Of a stretch of DNA of 43,045 nt, positions 7,725 to 16,590 are shown one piece after another (position 1 is the first letter of the stretch; every line of letters begins with the position of its first letter). The DNA comes from a virus. Position numbers and translations under genes: made by a program. The notes under the pieces were generated by a model. The model had not been told where the DNA came from, made no database searches, and saw only the letters and a program-made list of their open reading frames with translations. The DNA lies in the IMG/VR virus record IMGVR_UViG_3300046739_000127. The stretch is one strand, 5' to 3'.

Positions 7725-7850
7725 TTGAGTTGTCTAGCGCTATGCGCCGCTGATGGCGCGTCTCTGTCCATGGGGTATTTCCCGCAGTCTTCGTCAGGGT
7801 TCGACATGAGCACCGGCCTAAGGTTAATTCCCTAGTCGAACCAAAGAAAC

Positions 7851-7884
7851 GCATTCACGTTGCACTCAATCCAACTTGAATGCA
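7851..7884. promoter_or_regulatory. Operator-like cluster with half-site TTGAATGCA
   Basis: GCATTCA (7851-57), TGCACTCAA (7861-69) and TTGAATGCA (7876-84). TGCACTCAA-N6-TTGAATGCA is an 8/9 inverted pair in the divergent intergenic region. Confidence 0.55.
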
Positions 7885-7943
7885 TCAGTCACGCTGAGGC
7901 CGGAAAATAGGTATCCGGCGGCGCGTGGAAGTTAACCGCCCCT

Positions 7944-7959
7944 ATTCAATTTGAATGCA
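7944..7959. promoter_or_regulatory. Second operator-like site, ATTCAATTTGAATGCA
   Basis: 13-bp palindrome ATTCAA-T-TTGAAT extended by GCA. It repeats the TTGAATGCA half-site 52 nt upstream of the Cro-like gene. Confidence 0.55.
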
Positions 7960-8010
7960 CGGCGTTTTGATCTTGCCAAGTTAAATTTTTGGGGCTTACG
8001 CTGATTTGTC

Positions 8011-8223
8011 ATGCGGACACATCGGGATATCATTCGAGCCGGGGGTGGGGTCGCGGCCTGCGCGCACAAGCTGTCGCTGGCGACGCCCACGGTGCGGTCG
8101 TGGTTCACCCGCAATTCGATCCCGCACGACTACTGGATTCGCATATCGCTTCTGGAAATTGCTCCACTAGCTGAACTGGTTGCAGCCGCTCCGTCGGGTC
8201 GCAGACATAGTAGGGCCGCCTAA
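8011..8223 (+). CDS. Cro / YdaS-like HTH regulator (70 aa)
   Basis: AGGGVAACAHKLSLATPTVRSWFTRNSIPHDYW matches the YdaS/Cro-type pattern. It is the first rightward gene after the operator region. Confidence 0.75.
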   Translation: MRTHRDIIRAGGGVAACAHKLSLATPTVRSWFTRNSIPHDYWIRISLLEIAPLAELVAAAPSGRRHSRAA

Positions 8224-8251
8224 GCTATGTCAAAAAACGAAGTTTAATGTC

Positions 8252-8740
8252 GTGTCAGGACGCATCATCCTTGGGATTGATCCCGGGCTACACGGCGCGC
8301 TCGCTTTTCTGACCCGAAACGTCGGCGTCGAGGTCTTGGACATGCCGACGTTTTTACTTGGGAAGAAAACCGCGCTCGATGAACACGCCCTATCGCGGAT
8401 CATCGACGCCAGAGCCCGCGAAATAGATTTCGCCTTCCTTGAGCAGCAATGGGCGCGGCCGACCGATGGTGGTCCGCAAGGTTTCAAGCTGGGCGTCAAC
8501 TACGGCCTGCTGCGAATGCTGTTGGCGTCGAATTTCATTCCTTACGCGACGGTGACGCCTGCCGCCTGGAAGCGCTTCATGAAGCTCAGCGGCGACAAGG
8601 ATTGCAGCCGGTCCCTCGCCTCTCAGTTGCTCCCGAAGGACGCCCACCAATGGGCGCGGAAGAAGGACGACGGCCGGGCTGAGGCGGCGCTGATCGCCCT
8701 CTACGGCCAGCAACACCCTATCGTCGCCGAGGCCGCCTGA
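8252..8740 (+). CDS. RuvC-like Holliday junction resolvase (162 aa)
   Basis: ILGIDPGLHGALAF ... FAFLEQQ ... KKDDGRAEAALIALYG (D, E, D/D acidic pattern). Frame of ORF 8180..8740. The GTG 8252 start is an estimate. Confidence 0.75.
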   Translation: MSGRIILGIDPGLHGALAFLTRNVGVEVLDMPTFLLGKKTALDEHALSRIIDARAREIDFAFLEQQWARPTDGGPQGFKLGVNYGLLRMLLASNFIPYATVTPAAWKRFMKLSGDKDCSRSLASQLLPKDAHQWARKKDDGRAEAALIALYGQQHPIVAEAA

Positions 8741-9033
8741 TGCGCCCGCGCGATCCGGTCACGCTCAAGCTGCTGCCGCCGCCGTGCAAGCGCTACGACG
8801 TGCGCCCGTTCCATGAGGCGGCGCTTCCGGCCATCGACGCCGACCCCAGGTCCCCGGCGCTGCCGATCCGCCGCAAGCTGGAAATGATCGACCGGGCGAT
8901 CAACACCGTGATCGACGGCGACAAGCCGCCAGCCTGGATTCAGGAGGGCGACCGCCACCGCGCCGACAACCACTTCCTGAAGGATATTTGGGCCGTCGCC
9001 GTCGCCCGCTGTCAGGAGGTCGCCCATGTTTAG
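8740..9033 (+). CDS. 97-aa hypothetical protein
   Basis: ORF track. High GC3. The start overlaps the upstream stop. Confidence 0.55.
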   Translation: MRPRDPVTLKLLPPPCKRYDVRPFHEAALPAIDADPRSPALPIRRKLEMIDRAINTVIDGDKPPAWIQEGDRHRADNHFLKDIWAVAVARCQEVAHV

Positions 9034-9229
9034 GGCCACCCGCTGGATCACGGTCGATGAAGGCGTCTACCGGGTCGTCGAGAAGCCGACGCATACGGTC
9101 ATCTACAGGCGCTATGGGCGCGGGCCGTACCGTGACGTGCTGGTTTGGAGCAGCCGCAATCGCCTGCTGAAGGTGGGCACTATCTTTGCGCGCGTTCTGG
9201 TCGCCGCCAAAGCGCATGAGGCCGCGTGA
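9026..9229 (+). CDS. 67-aa hypothetical protein
   Basis: ORF track. High GC3. In an operon. Confidence 0.55.
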   Translation: MFRATRWITVDEGVYRVVEKPTHTVIYRRYGRGPYRDVLVWSSRNRLLKVGTIFARVLVAAKAHEAA

Positions 9230-9495
9230 TGGGCATTATCGCCGACACCTTGGGAGCGCCGTCCGCCTACCGGGTGAAGAAGGACAATCCGAACCTCTGG
9301 GCCGATCTGACTGACCGGATCAACGGCGCCCTGCTGCCCGCCCAGCTAGACGAAATCGAAGCCGAGTTCGAAGCCCGGCCGCTGGATATGCCGTTTGGCT
9401 GGTATCTGGAAGCACAAGACCTAATCGACCAGAAGCGCGAGGCGCTGAGGGAAGAAGACATTGGCCTCATTTTGAGGGATCGCTTCGACTTTTAG
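9226..9495 (+). CDS. 89-aa acidic hypothetical protein ending ...RDRFDF
   Basis: ORF track. ATGA overlap with the upstream gene. Confidence 0.6.
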   Translation: MMGIIADTLGAPSAYRVKKDNPNLWADLTDRINGALLPAQLDEIEAEFEARPLDMPFGWYLEAQDLIDQKREALREEDIGLILRDRFDF

Positions 9496-9556
9496 GTCAA
9501 GCGGTGGTGTAGCAGCGGCCTTATGCTGCGAATGTGTGATGTGAAGGACGTAAGTC

Positions 9557-10282
9557 ATGGCTCTTAATTTACCGGCCTCATCCGACAACAGTCATAGGGT
9601 GCCGATTATCAAATACGACTCTCGCGCTGGTCGCATCTTCAGGGTGGACCGCTCGGAACAGGCTGACGGATGGGAAAGCAAGCCAGTCGAAATTACGCAG
9701 GTATTTCAGGCCATCTTTGACCTCGACAATATCGAAACCGGCTGGCTGCATTTCCCGACCGGCGCTGCGCCGAGCATCCGCACTGTCCCGGCAGGCCAAC
9801 CGCTACCCGACAGGCCCGACAGCAAGCACCGGGGCGGCTTCCGCCTGATGCTCCTGCTGGGCCGCCAGTCGGGGGGAGACGTGCGTGAAATGGCGTCCAA
9901 CGCGCAAGTGTCGAAGAACGGCATGGACAAGCTAGACGACGACTTCAAGGCAGGCCGGGTGGCGAACCCTGGGCTGCTGCCGGTCGTTCGTCTGGCGGGG
10001 ACCACCGCCATCACGACGCAGGGCAAGGCGAACGGCCAACCCGTGAGTTCCACCAACTATCAGCCGATCTGGCAGATCGTGAAGTGGGTCCCCCGGCCGC
10101 CTGAGCTTATGCCCGAGGCTATCGCGGCGCTGGTCGGCGGCGCGGCGGCTCAGCAGGCCCAACAGCCTGCCCCAGCCGCCTCGCCACCGCCCCCGTCGCC
10201 GCAGGCTCCGCTGGCGCTCGCGCCACCGCCGCCGCCTCAGCAGCCCGCGCGCGAACTGGCTTCGGTTGAGGACGACTTCTGA
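9557..10282 (+). CDS. 241-aa protein with SSB-like architecture (folded domain, Pro/Ala/Gln linker, acidic tip ...SVEDDF)
   Basis: AAGGA lies upstream. The C-terminal ~45 aa are low complexity (AAAQQAQQPAPAASPPPPSPQAP...) and end in EDDF. Its position before the primase/helicase fits an SSB role. The fold was not verified. Confidence 0.65.
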   Translation: MALNLPASSDNSHRVPIIKYDSRAGRIFRVDRSEQADGWESKPVEITQVFQAIFDLDNIETGWLHFPTGAAPSIRTVPAGQPLPDRPDSKHRGGFRLMLLLGRQSGGDVREMASNAQVSKNGMDKLDDDFKAGRVANPGLLPVVRLAGTTAITTQGKANGQPVSSTNYQPIWQIVKWVPRPPELMPEAIAALVGGAAAQQAQQPAPAASPPPPSPQAPLALAPPPPPQQPARELASVEDDF

Positions 10283-10333
10283 CCAATGCAGCCCGGCGAA
10301 TAGGCGTCGGGCTGCTGTGTCTGGGGCGTTCCA

Positions 10334-12745
10334 GTGGTGCCGTTCAAGGCGTTCGACTTTGACCCCGATTTCGCGCGACCGCCCGACTGGGCGGCGATGT
10401 ACCGTGGCCTGGGCTGGAACCCGGTCCCTGCCTACCTGCCGACTGAGGAAGAAGATTGGAAGCGCCCTGTCCACCGTTGGCGTGAGTTCGAAGACCGGCA
10501 GGTTCCCGACGCCACCTTCGACCGCTGGTATGGGCCTGACGGCCAGCACCGGGCGCGGGCGAACATGGGGACGATCACCGGGGCGGCCAGCGATCAGGTC
10601 TTCTGCCTTGATCTGGATAGCCGCCTGGACGGCAGGCCCGATGGGATCGAATGGTTCTTCGGGCTGATCGCCGTTCACAACTCAAACATGATGCCCGAGA
10701 CGCCGCACCAGCGGACAGGCGGCGGCGGTCACCAGTTCTTCTTCAGGGCGCCTGCGGGCTGGGTCGCGCCGACGATCAGGACGCCGGGCGGCATTGATAT
10801 TCGCGGGCAGGGCGGGTTCGCCATGCTGCCCCCCAGCCGCCACCAGAGCGGCCGTGACTACACCTGGGAACCCGGCTCTGAGCCCTGGGCCGTGCCGGTC
10901 CTGCTGGCGCCGCCGTGGCTGATCGAGGCCATCGACAAGCTGCGCGCCGAGTTCGCTGCGAACGCCGGTCAACACGTCGAACGCACGCCCAGCGGCGAAG
11001 AACTGAACGTCTTCGGCCTGCGGGTCGATGGCCGCGAAGAACGGATGCGCGACCTGATCTGGGGCGTCGCCTGCGATCTGCGGCGCGAGTTCCCCGGCAA
11101 GCCCGACCCGGCCCGCGTGGCGGCCGAGCGCGAACGGGTCTGGCAGCGCTACCTGTTCGAAGTGAAGACCCGGATTGCCGATCCGACGCTCAGCAACGAA
11201 CAAGGCCTTGAGCGCGAGGGGCGCGGCCGGGCGGCCTTCATAGAGCGCTGGGACCGCGCCCTGGGCCAGTGGGACGGCAAGCTGTTGGAAGCGGCGGGGG
11301 AGGCCAAGCCAGACCCTTTCCCGGTCGCCCCGGCTGAGGGCGTGCCGATCTGGTTCGATCCGTTCGCCAAGGTGTCGGTGCCGCCGTTCCCGCTGGACCT
11401 CCTGCCGCCGATCCTCGCGGCCTACGTCGAGCATCAGGCGAAGACCCTGGGCGCCGATCCGGCCGGGATCGCCGTCGCGGCGCTGACCACGATCAGCGGC
11501 ACGCTAGACCAGCGGTTCGTCCTGAAGATGCGGCGCACCGGGGAGTGGTATCAGCCGCCTCGGCTCTGGGCCGTGCTGGTCGGCGAAAGCGCCACCAAGA
11601 AGACCCCGATCATGACGGCGGCGCTGAAGCCGCTGCGCCGGATCGAATATGAGTTCTGGGCGAAACAGGCCCAGGATACGGCAGCCTGGAATGAGCTTGA
11701 GAAGGGCGACCGGGGCGCCAAGCCGCCACCGCCAACCCGCTTCATCGTCAATGACACGACGGTCGAAGCGGTCAGCGAAATCCTCACCCGGCAGGCGCGC
11801 GGGCTGCTGGTGGTTCACGACGAACTGTCGAGCTTCGTCGGCAGCCTGGACCGCTACAGCAACAGTGGGTCGGGCGGCGACCGCGCCTTCTGGCTGATGG
11901 CGCACAACGGCGGGCCGATGGCCGTTGATCGGGTCGGCAAGTCGAAGATGATCGAAAACCTCTGCGTCGCCTTCCTGGGCGGGACACAGCCCGGCCGGTT
12001 CCGCGAGCTTGAAGACCTCATGTCGGACGGCCTGACGCAGCGCTTCCTGCCGGTGCTGATCGAACGCGGCTCAGCGCCCGGCGACCTCGATAACGACGTG
12101 GTTGTGCTGCGCTACGCCGACCTGATCCGAGGCCTGATCGCCCGGCCGCCGCAGACCTTCTACATGACCGACGACGCCCTGGTAACGGCCGACGAGTTCA
12201 ATCGCGAAATCAACGAGTTGGAAGACCTGTCTGAGGGGATATCGCAGGCCTTCTGTTCCTGGGTCGGCAAGCTGCCCGGCTACCATGGCAGTCTCAGCAC
12301 ATTGCTCCATGTCCTTGAAAACAGGGACGACGCCTATTCGCTGCACGTCGGGAAGGCGACAGTTGAACGCGCACGGCGGCTGCTGACGGACTTCTTCATC
12401 CCCCACGGCCGGGCCTTCTATCAGGACGTGCTGGGCGACCTCGACAACAACGCCGAGGCGGTCGCCAGCTTCATCCTGACCGACGACCGCGAGCGCTACA
12501 CGATCAGCGACTTGCAATCGAACGTGCGCGCCCTGGGGCGGGTCGAAACTCAGTGGGAAATGCGCGCCAAGCTGGCCGGGTTCGTCAGCGGCGGCTGGCT
12601 GATCGAAGACGGCCAGCGGGCCTGGAACATGGCGGCCGGGGTCCGCGAGAAGTTCGCCGACAAGCGCGCCGCAGAGCTTGAGCGCAAGGCCAGGATCACC
12701 AGCCGGTTCAAGACCAAGGGGGCCGAACATGAAGCTCCGCTGTGA
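10334..12745 (+). CDS. Primase-polymerase (AEP) fused to a DUF3987-type helicase-like domain (803 aa)
   Basis: AEP motifs: VFCLDLDSR (DxD), GGGHQFFFR and IDIRGQGGFAMLPPSRH. The C-terminal half has VGESATKKTP (P-loop-like) and VVHDELSSF. Confidence 0.9.
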   Translation: MVPFKAFDFDPDFARPPDWAAMYRGLGWNPVPAYLPTEEEDWKRPVHRWREFEDRQVPDATFDRWYGPDGQHRARANMGTITGAASDQVFCLDLDSRLDGRPDGIEWFFGLIAVHNSNMMPETPHQRTGGGGHQFFFRAPAGWVAPTIRTPGGIDIRGQGGFAMLPPSRHQSGRDYTWEPGSEPWAVPVLLAPPWLIEAIDKLRAEFAANAGQHVERTPSGEELNVFGLRVDGREERMRDLIWGVACDLRREFPGKPDPARVAAERERVWQRYLFEVKTRIADPTLSNEQGLEREGRGRAAFIERWDRALGQWDGKLLEAAGEAKPDPFPVAPAEGVPIWFDPFAKVSVPPFPLDLLPPILAAYVEHQAKTLGADPAGIAVAALTTISGTLDQRFVLKMRRTGEWYQPPRLWAVLVGESATKKTPIMTAALKPLRRIEYEFWAKQAQDTAAWNELEKGDRGAKPPPPTRFIVNDTTVEAVSEILTRQARGLLVVHDELSSFVGSLDRYSNSGSGGDRAFWLMAHNGGPMAVDRVGKSKMIENLCVAFLGGTQPGRFRELEDLMSDGLTQRFLPVLIERGSAPGDLDNDVVVLRYADLIRGLIARPPQTFYMTDDALVTADEFNREINELEDLSEGISQAFCSWVGKLPGYHGSLSTLLHVLENRDDAYSLHVGKATVERARRLLTDFFIPHGRAFYQDVLGDLDNNAEAVASFILTDDRERYTISDLQSNVRALGRVETQWEMRAKLAGFVSGGWLIEDGQRAWNMAAGVREKFADKRAAELERKARITSRFKTKGAEHEAPL

Positions 12746-13043
12746 CGCCTGCCGGTTCTACGAATTTGAAGACACGATGGGCCATTGCCACTTCATGCCG
12801 CCATCGCAATTTCGCGATGTGCGGAACGATATGTGGACCCCGTTCCCGGTGGTGCATCCCGACTGGTGGTGCGCCCAGCACGAGGCCCGGCCGGTTGACT
12901 CAAAAGTCAGCGACACCCTGTCGCCGCAAGCCGCAGGCGGCCTTGCCCGCATCGCCGCTAAGGCCCCTGAGCGCCGAACCGAAATCGCCCGCACGGCCGC
13001 TGAAGCGCGCTGGAACGGCCCTGATCCTGAGGATGATTTTTGA
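12729..13043 (+). CDS. 104-aa Cys-motif protein ending ...PDPEDDF
   Basis: Frame of ORF 12678..13043 from ATG 12729 (MKLRCDACRFYEF...GHC). Overlaps the primase gene end. Confidence 0.6.
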   Translation: MKLRCDACRFYEFEDTMGHCHFMPPSQFRDVRNDMWTPFPVVHPDWWCAQHEARPVDSKVSDTLSPQAAGGLARIAAKAPERRTEIARTAAEARWNGPDPEDDF

Positions 13044-13621
13044 TGCCGTCGCCGGAAGACAGCGCAACCCTTAAAGGGTTCTTCGACGCGGCCGACAACG
13101 CGCGTGGCGAAGCCGAACGGCGCTGGGGCTGCGGACGGCTGGAACTGCTGGCTGGTCCGATCCTGCTGGCCCGGTTCCGGCGCCAACAGGCGACATGGCG
13201 CCAAGCCCTACAGGCGGCCTGGGAAGCCCCGGTGGTGAGCGCCGACGCGCTGGCCCTGGTCGAGCAGAAGACGCAGGCCATGATCCGGGGCTGGGCAGCC
13301 CTAGAGGTCGCGGCGGCCGAGGCGGGCCATCGCGAGGTCGCGCCCTGGGTCTGGGAAGCGCGCCTGGGCGACGGGTCGGTTGCGGCGTTCGTTCAGACCA
13401 ACGCCGAGCAGTCGAAGGTGATCGTGGACGGCCGCTACCTGAAGGTCTTCACGCTGGCCGAGGTCGCCAACCTGATCGACGCCATACCGGCCGCGCTGCT
13501 TCAGCCCGCCGCCGAGGTCCCCGGCCGACGCCTGACTTCGAAGCTGCCGCGCTTCATCAGCAGCGGCGACGAAATCCCCTTCGATGACCCCATCCCCTTT
13601 GGCCTTGAGGCAGTCGCATGA
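13040..13621 (+). CDS. 193-aa hypothetical protein with C-terminal DEIPFDDPIPF
   Basis: ORF track. ATGA coupling on both sides. Confidence 0.65.
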   Translation: MMPSPEDSATLKGFFDAADNARGEAERRWGCGRLELLAGPILLARFRRQQATWRQALQAAWEAPVVSADALALVEQKTQAMIRGWAALEVAAAEAGHREVAPWVWEARLGDGSVAAFVQTNAEQSKVIVDGRYLKVFTLAEVANLIDAIPAALLQPAAEVPGRRLTSKLPRFISSGDEIPFDDPIPFGLEAVA

Positions 13622-14028
13622 TCTGGACAACCGACATGGACGCAATGCTGGTTGCGGGTCGCGAAGCTGGCCTGTCGAGCTTTGAAATCGCGGCCCGGAT
13701 CGGGTCGCCGATCACCGCCTCAGCGGTACGCAGTCGGCGGGTCGATCTTGGCCTGCCGCCACGCGACACGGCGACGTTGGTTCTGGCCGGGCAGTTCAAG
13801 TCGGCCTACCGCCAGCCGGTGAAGGCCGCGCCCCAGGTCGTAGACCGGCCGGGGCCACAGTCGGACCCCAAGCCCTTCGCGGATCGCGGCCGGTGGGAAT
13901 GCGCCTTCATCGTCGCCGAAGACCGCGACGGAATGCGGGCCTGCTGCGGCCCGGTGCGGCCGGGCTCGCCGCGCCCTTACTGCGGATTCCACCTGGACCT
14001 GACAGGGGCGGCTCATGCGGCGGCTTGA
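13618..14028 (+). CDS. gcrA: GcrA-like cell-cycle regulator homologue (136 aa)
   Basis: N-terminus WTTDMDAMLVAGREAGLSSFEIAARIGSPITASAVRSRRVDLGL, with a C-terminal Cys/His block (CCGPVRPGSPRPYCGFH). Both match the remembered GcrA family layout. Confidence 0.75.
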   Translation: MIWTTDMDAMLVAGREAGLSSFEIAARIGSPITASAVRSRRVDLGLPPRDTATLVLAGQFKSAYRQPVKAAPQVVDRPGPQSDPKPFADRGRWECAFIVAEDRDGMRACCGPVRPGSPRPYCGFHLDLTGAAHAAA

Positions 14029-14305
14029 GCTTCAGAGCTACGGCGAACAAGCGGCGGCCTGCTTCGGCAAGACGCGGTTCGAAGCCTATCAGCACGCCCA
14101 AGCCCTGAAGCACGCGCGGCGCATGTCGCAGCGCTGCCGCGAGTCCCTGGTCGCCTATCGCTGCGCCCACTGCGACGGCTGGCATGTCGGCCACCGGCTG
14201 AAGGCGCCAGAGGCCCTTGCGCTCCGAGCGCAACAGGCTTCGGGTCCGGTGCCATCGCTTGTCCCGGAGGCCAGCTATGGACAACCCCAGCAAGACCCAG
14301 CGTGA
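14015..14305 (+). CDS. 96-aa hypothetical protein (AYRCAHCDGWHVGH motif)
   Basis: ORF track. Overlaps the GcrA-like gene end. Confidence 0.5.
   Translation: MRRLELQSYGEQAAACFGKTRFEAYQHAQALKHARRMSQRCRESLVAYRCAHCDGWHVGHRLKAPEALALRAQQASGPVPSLVPEASYGQPQQDPA
14217..14241 (+). promoter_or_regulatory. Late-element copy e: TTGCG-N8-GCAACAGGCTTC
   Basis: The 12-mer GCAACAGGCTTC (14230-41) is identical to copies at 26701-12 and 31442-53. It has the same 8-nt spacing from a TTG(A/C)(C/G) pentamer. It lies 36 nt before ATG 14277 and upstream of terS/terL. Confidence 0.45.
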
Positions 14306-14468
14306 CCCGATCACCACCAAGGCGTTCGGCGGCAGCACGTCACCGAAGCGGTCAGACACCCTGAACGGATCGCCGAAGACCAAGAGCCTTGGCAGCCAGA
14401 AGGCCAACTTTTCGAGCGTGAGCCCGAAGGACAACTCAGCCCCGCCACCGAACAACCCCTATCGGTGA
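14277..14468 (+). CDS. 63-aa Ser/Pro/Lys-rich protein
   Basis: GGAGG lies 6 nt upstream of the ATG. GC3 is very high in this frame. Composition looks disordered. Fills the gap before terS. Confidence 0.45.
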   Translation: MDNPSKTQRDPITTKAFGGSTSPKRSDTLNGSPKTKSLGSQKANFSSVSPKDNSAPPPNNPYR

Positions 14469-14471
14469 TCC

Positions 14472-14963
14472 GTGAAGGACGGCGAGGATGACTCCCTGGT
14501 CGTACTTGACCCGGCCAGGGTGAAGCAGCGGCGCCCTGGTGTCGGCCCGACCTACACGCAATCGCTGGCGGCCGAGGTCTGCGAAACCATCGGCGCGTCG
14601 GACCTCAGCATTGAAAGCCTCTGCCGCCAGCACGCCGACCGCTGGCCTACGGTGAAGACCCTTTATGAATGGCGCTACCGTCACCGGGCGTTCGATGAGG
14701 CCTTCGCTCAGGCCGAGGCGATGCGGGCCAGCCGGTTCATGCATCAGTGTGTCGAAATCGCCGACGATGACAGCCGCGACCTGATCGAAAGCGACGGCAA
14801 GAGCTTCGGGAATAACACCGCCGTCACCCGCGACCGGCTGCGGATTGAGACACGCCTGAAGACGGCCGCACGCTTCGATCCGCAGCGGTTCGGCGACCGC
14901 GTAGAGCAGAACATTCGCGTTGGCTTCATCCCGCTCGATGAGGCGATTCACCAGTTGAAGTGA
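14472..14963 (+). CDS. terS: Terminase small subunit (163 aa)
   Basis: YTQSLAAEVCETIGASDLSIESLCRQHADRWPTVKTLYEWRYRHRAFDEAFAQAEAMRASRF...RDRLRIETRLKTAARFDPQRFGDR matches the remembered podovirus TerS pattern. GTG start. Confidence 0.75.
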   Translation: MKDGEDDSLVVLDPARVKQRRPGVGPTYTQSLAAEVCETIGASDLSIESLCRQHADRWPTVKTLYEWRYRHRAFDEAFAQAEAMRASRFMHQCVEIADDDSRDLIESDGKSFGNNTAVTRDRLRIETRLKTAARFDPQRFGDRVEQNIRVGFIPLDEAIHQLK

Positions 14964-16540
14964 TGCAGCGGCCCCTGTCGCCAGAGCAGCGCGAACAGCT
15001 TCAGACGTGGAAGGTCAGCTACCCGCATTTCGCCTCAGGCTGTCTGAAGGTGAAGACCAAGGCGGGCCTGATCGAACCGTTCAAGTTCAACAGCGCCCAG
15101 CAGTTCATTCATGACCGGCTTGAGCGGCAGAAGGCCGACACCGGCAAGGTCCGTGCGCTGATCCTGAAGGCCCGGCAGCAGGGCGTCTCAACCTACGTCG
15201 GCGGCCGGTTCTACCACCGGACCCAGTTCTTTCAGGGAACGTCGGTGTTCATCCTGACCCACGAACAGCCCGCCACCGACACGCTGTTTTCCATGGTCGA
15301 ACGTTTCTGGCGCAACAGCCCCCAGGAAGGCCGGTTGAAGACCGGGGCGGCCAACGCCAAAGAAATGAACTTCCCCAGCCTGGACAGCGGCTATGGGGTC
15401 GGCACGGCGGGCGCCAAGGCGGTCGGCCGGTCGAAGACCCTGCAATGCTTCCACGGCTCCGAAGTCGGGTTCTGGCCGGGTGCGGCCGACCACTTCGCGG
15501 GCGTCGTTCAGGCCGTCCCCGATCTGCCGGATACGGAGGTTATCTTAGAGTCCACAGCCAACGGGATCGGAGGGGAGTTCCACGAAAGATGGACTCAAGC
15601 CGAGGCTTCAGACGGCGACTACATCCCGATCTTTGTTCCCTGGTTCTGGTCGGACGAATATGAGCGCGCGCCGCCCCGAAGTTTCGAGCCCACGGCCGAG
15701 GAAGAACATGAGGCCAAGCTCTACGACCTGAGCCTGCCGAAGCTGGCGTGGCGGCGCGCGAAGATCGCCGAACTGAAGGACCCCGCGAGGTTCAAGCAAG
15801 AGTACCCGAGTTCGGCCCAAGAAGCGTTTCAGGCCACCGGCCACGAGTCCTTCATCCCGTCGCGGCTGGTTCAGGACGCCCGCAAGCGGCAATGCGAGGC
15901 CATCGGCTCGCTGGTCATCGGCGTGGACCCGGCGCGCTTCGGCGACGACTCGTTCTGCATCGCGTGGCGCACCGGCCGGAAGGTTCACAAGATCGGCCGC
16001 AAGCACCGGATCGACAACGTAGCCGGGGCGAACTGGGTCAAGTCGATCATCGACCAAGACCAGCCGGTGCGGGTGTTCATAGACGTGGGCGGCCAGGGCT
16101 CGGGCGTGGTCGATATCCTGCGCGACTTCGGCGAGCCCTACTCAACGCTGGTGGTCGAAGTGAACTTCGGCGGGGCGCCGCAAGACCTTCAGAAGACCAA
16201 CGAACGCGGCGAGCTTGTGCCTGGTTCTAAGAACCGGCGCGCGGAAATGTGGTCGCGGCTGCGAGACTGGCTAGAGGATGAGGGCGGGGCCGATCTGCCC
16301 GACGACAACAGCGTTCACGCGGACCTTTGCGCCCCCGGCTACCGCTTCGACATGCGCCAGTACCTTGTCCTTGAATCGAAGGAAGACATTCGCAAACGTG
16401 GGCTCCGCTCGCCCGACTCCGGCGACGCCATCGCCTTGACCTTTGCCTCGCCGGTCGCGGCGCGCGGGTCGATCACTGAGTCAGACCGCGACTGGCGGCG
16501 ACGGCGGCAGGCTGGGGGGCCTTCGGTCTGGGCGCTGTAG
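14960..16540 (+). CDS. terL: Terminase large subunit (526 aa)
   Basis: ILKARQQGVSTY is a Walker-A-like box. The C-terminal nuclease-like half reads VIGVDPARFGDD...DSGDAIAL. Lies directly after terS. Confidence 0.9.
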   Translation: MMQRPLSPEQREQLQTWKVSYPHFASGCLKVKTKAGLIEPFKFNSAQQFIHDRLERQKADTGKVRALILKARQQGVSTYVGGRFYHRTQFFQGTSVFILTHEQPATDTLFSMVERFWRNSPQEGRLKTGAANAKEMNFPSLDSGYGVGTAGAKAVGRSKTLQCFHGSEVGFWPGAADHFAGVVQAVPDLPDTEVILESTANGIGGEFHERWTQAEASDGDYIPIFVPWFWSDEYERAPPRSFEPTAEEEHEAKLYDLSLPKLAWRRAKIAELKDPARFKQEYPSSAQEAFQATGHESFIPSRLVQDARKRQCEAIGSLVIGVDPARFGDDSFCIAWRTGRKVHKIGRKHRIDNVAGANWVKSIIDQDQPVRVFIDVGGQGSGVVDILRDFGEPYSTLVVEVNFGGAPQDLQKTNERGELVPGSKNRRAEMWSRLRDWLEDEGGADLPDDNSVHADLCAPGYRFDMRQYLVLESKEDIRKRGLRSPDSGDAIALTFASPVAARGSITESDRDWRRRRQAGGPSVWAL

Positions 16541-16590
16541 GGTGGTAGCCGGGCAGGGCGACAAGCGGCCCCAGCGGGCTTCCTGGGGGC

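Noticed and set aside
9932-12730. Minus-strand ORFs 9932..10678, 10682..11434, 11504..11905 and 12071..12730
   Set aside because: They are antisense to the SSB-like and primase-helicase genes, are Arg-rich, and have no operon logic.
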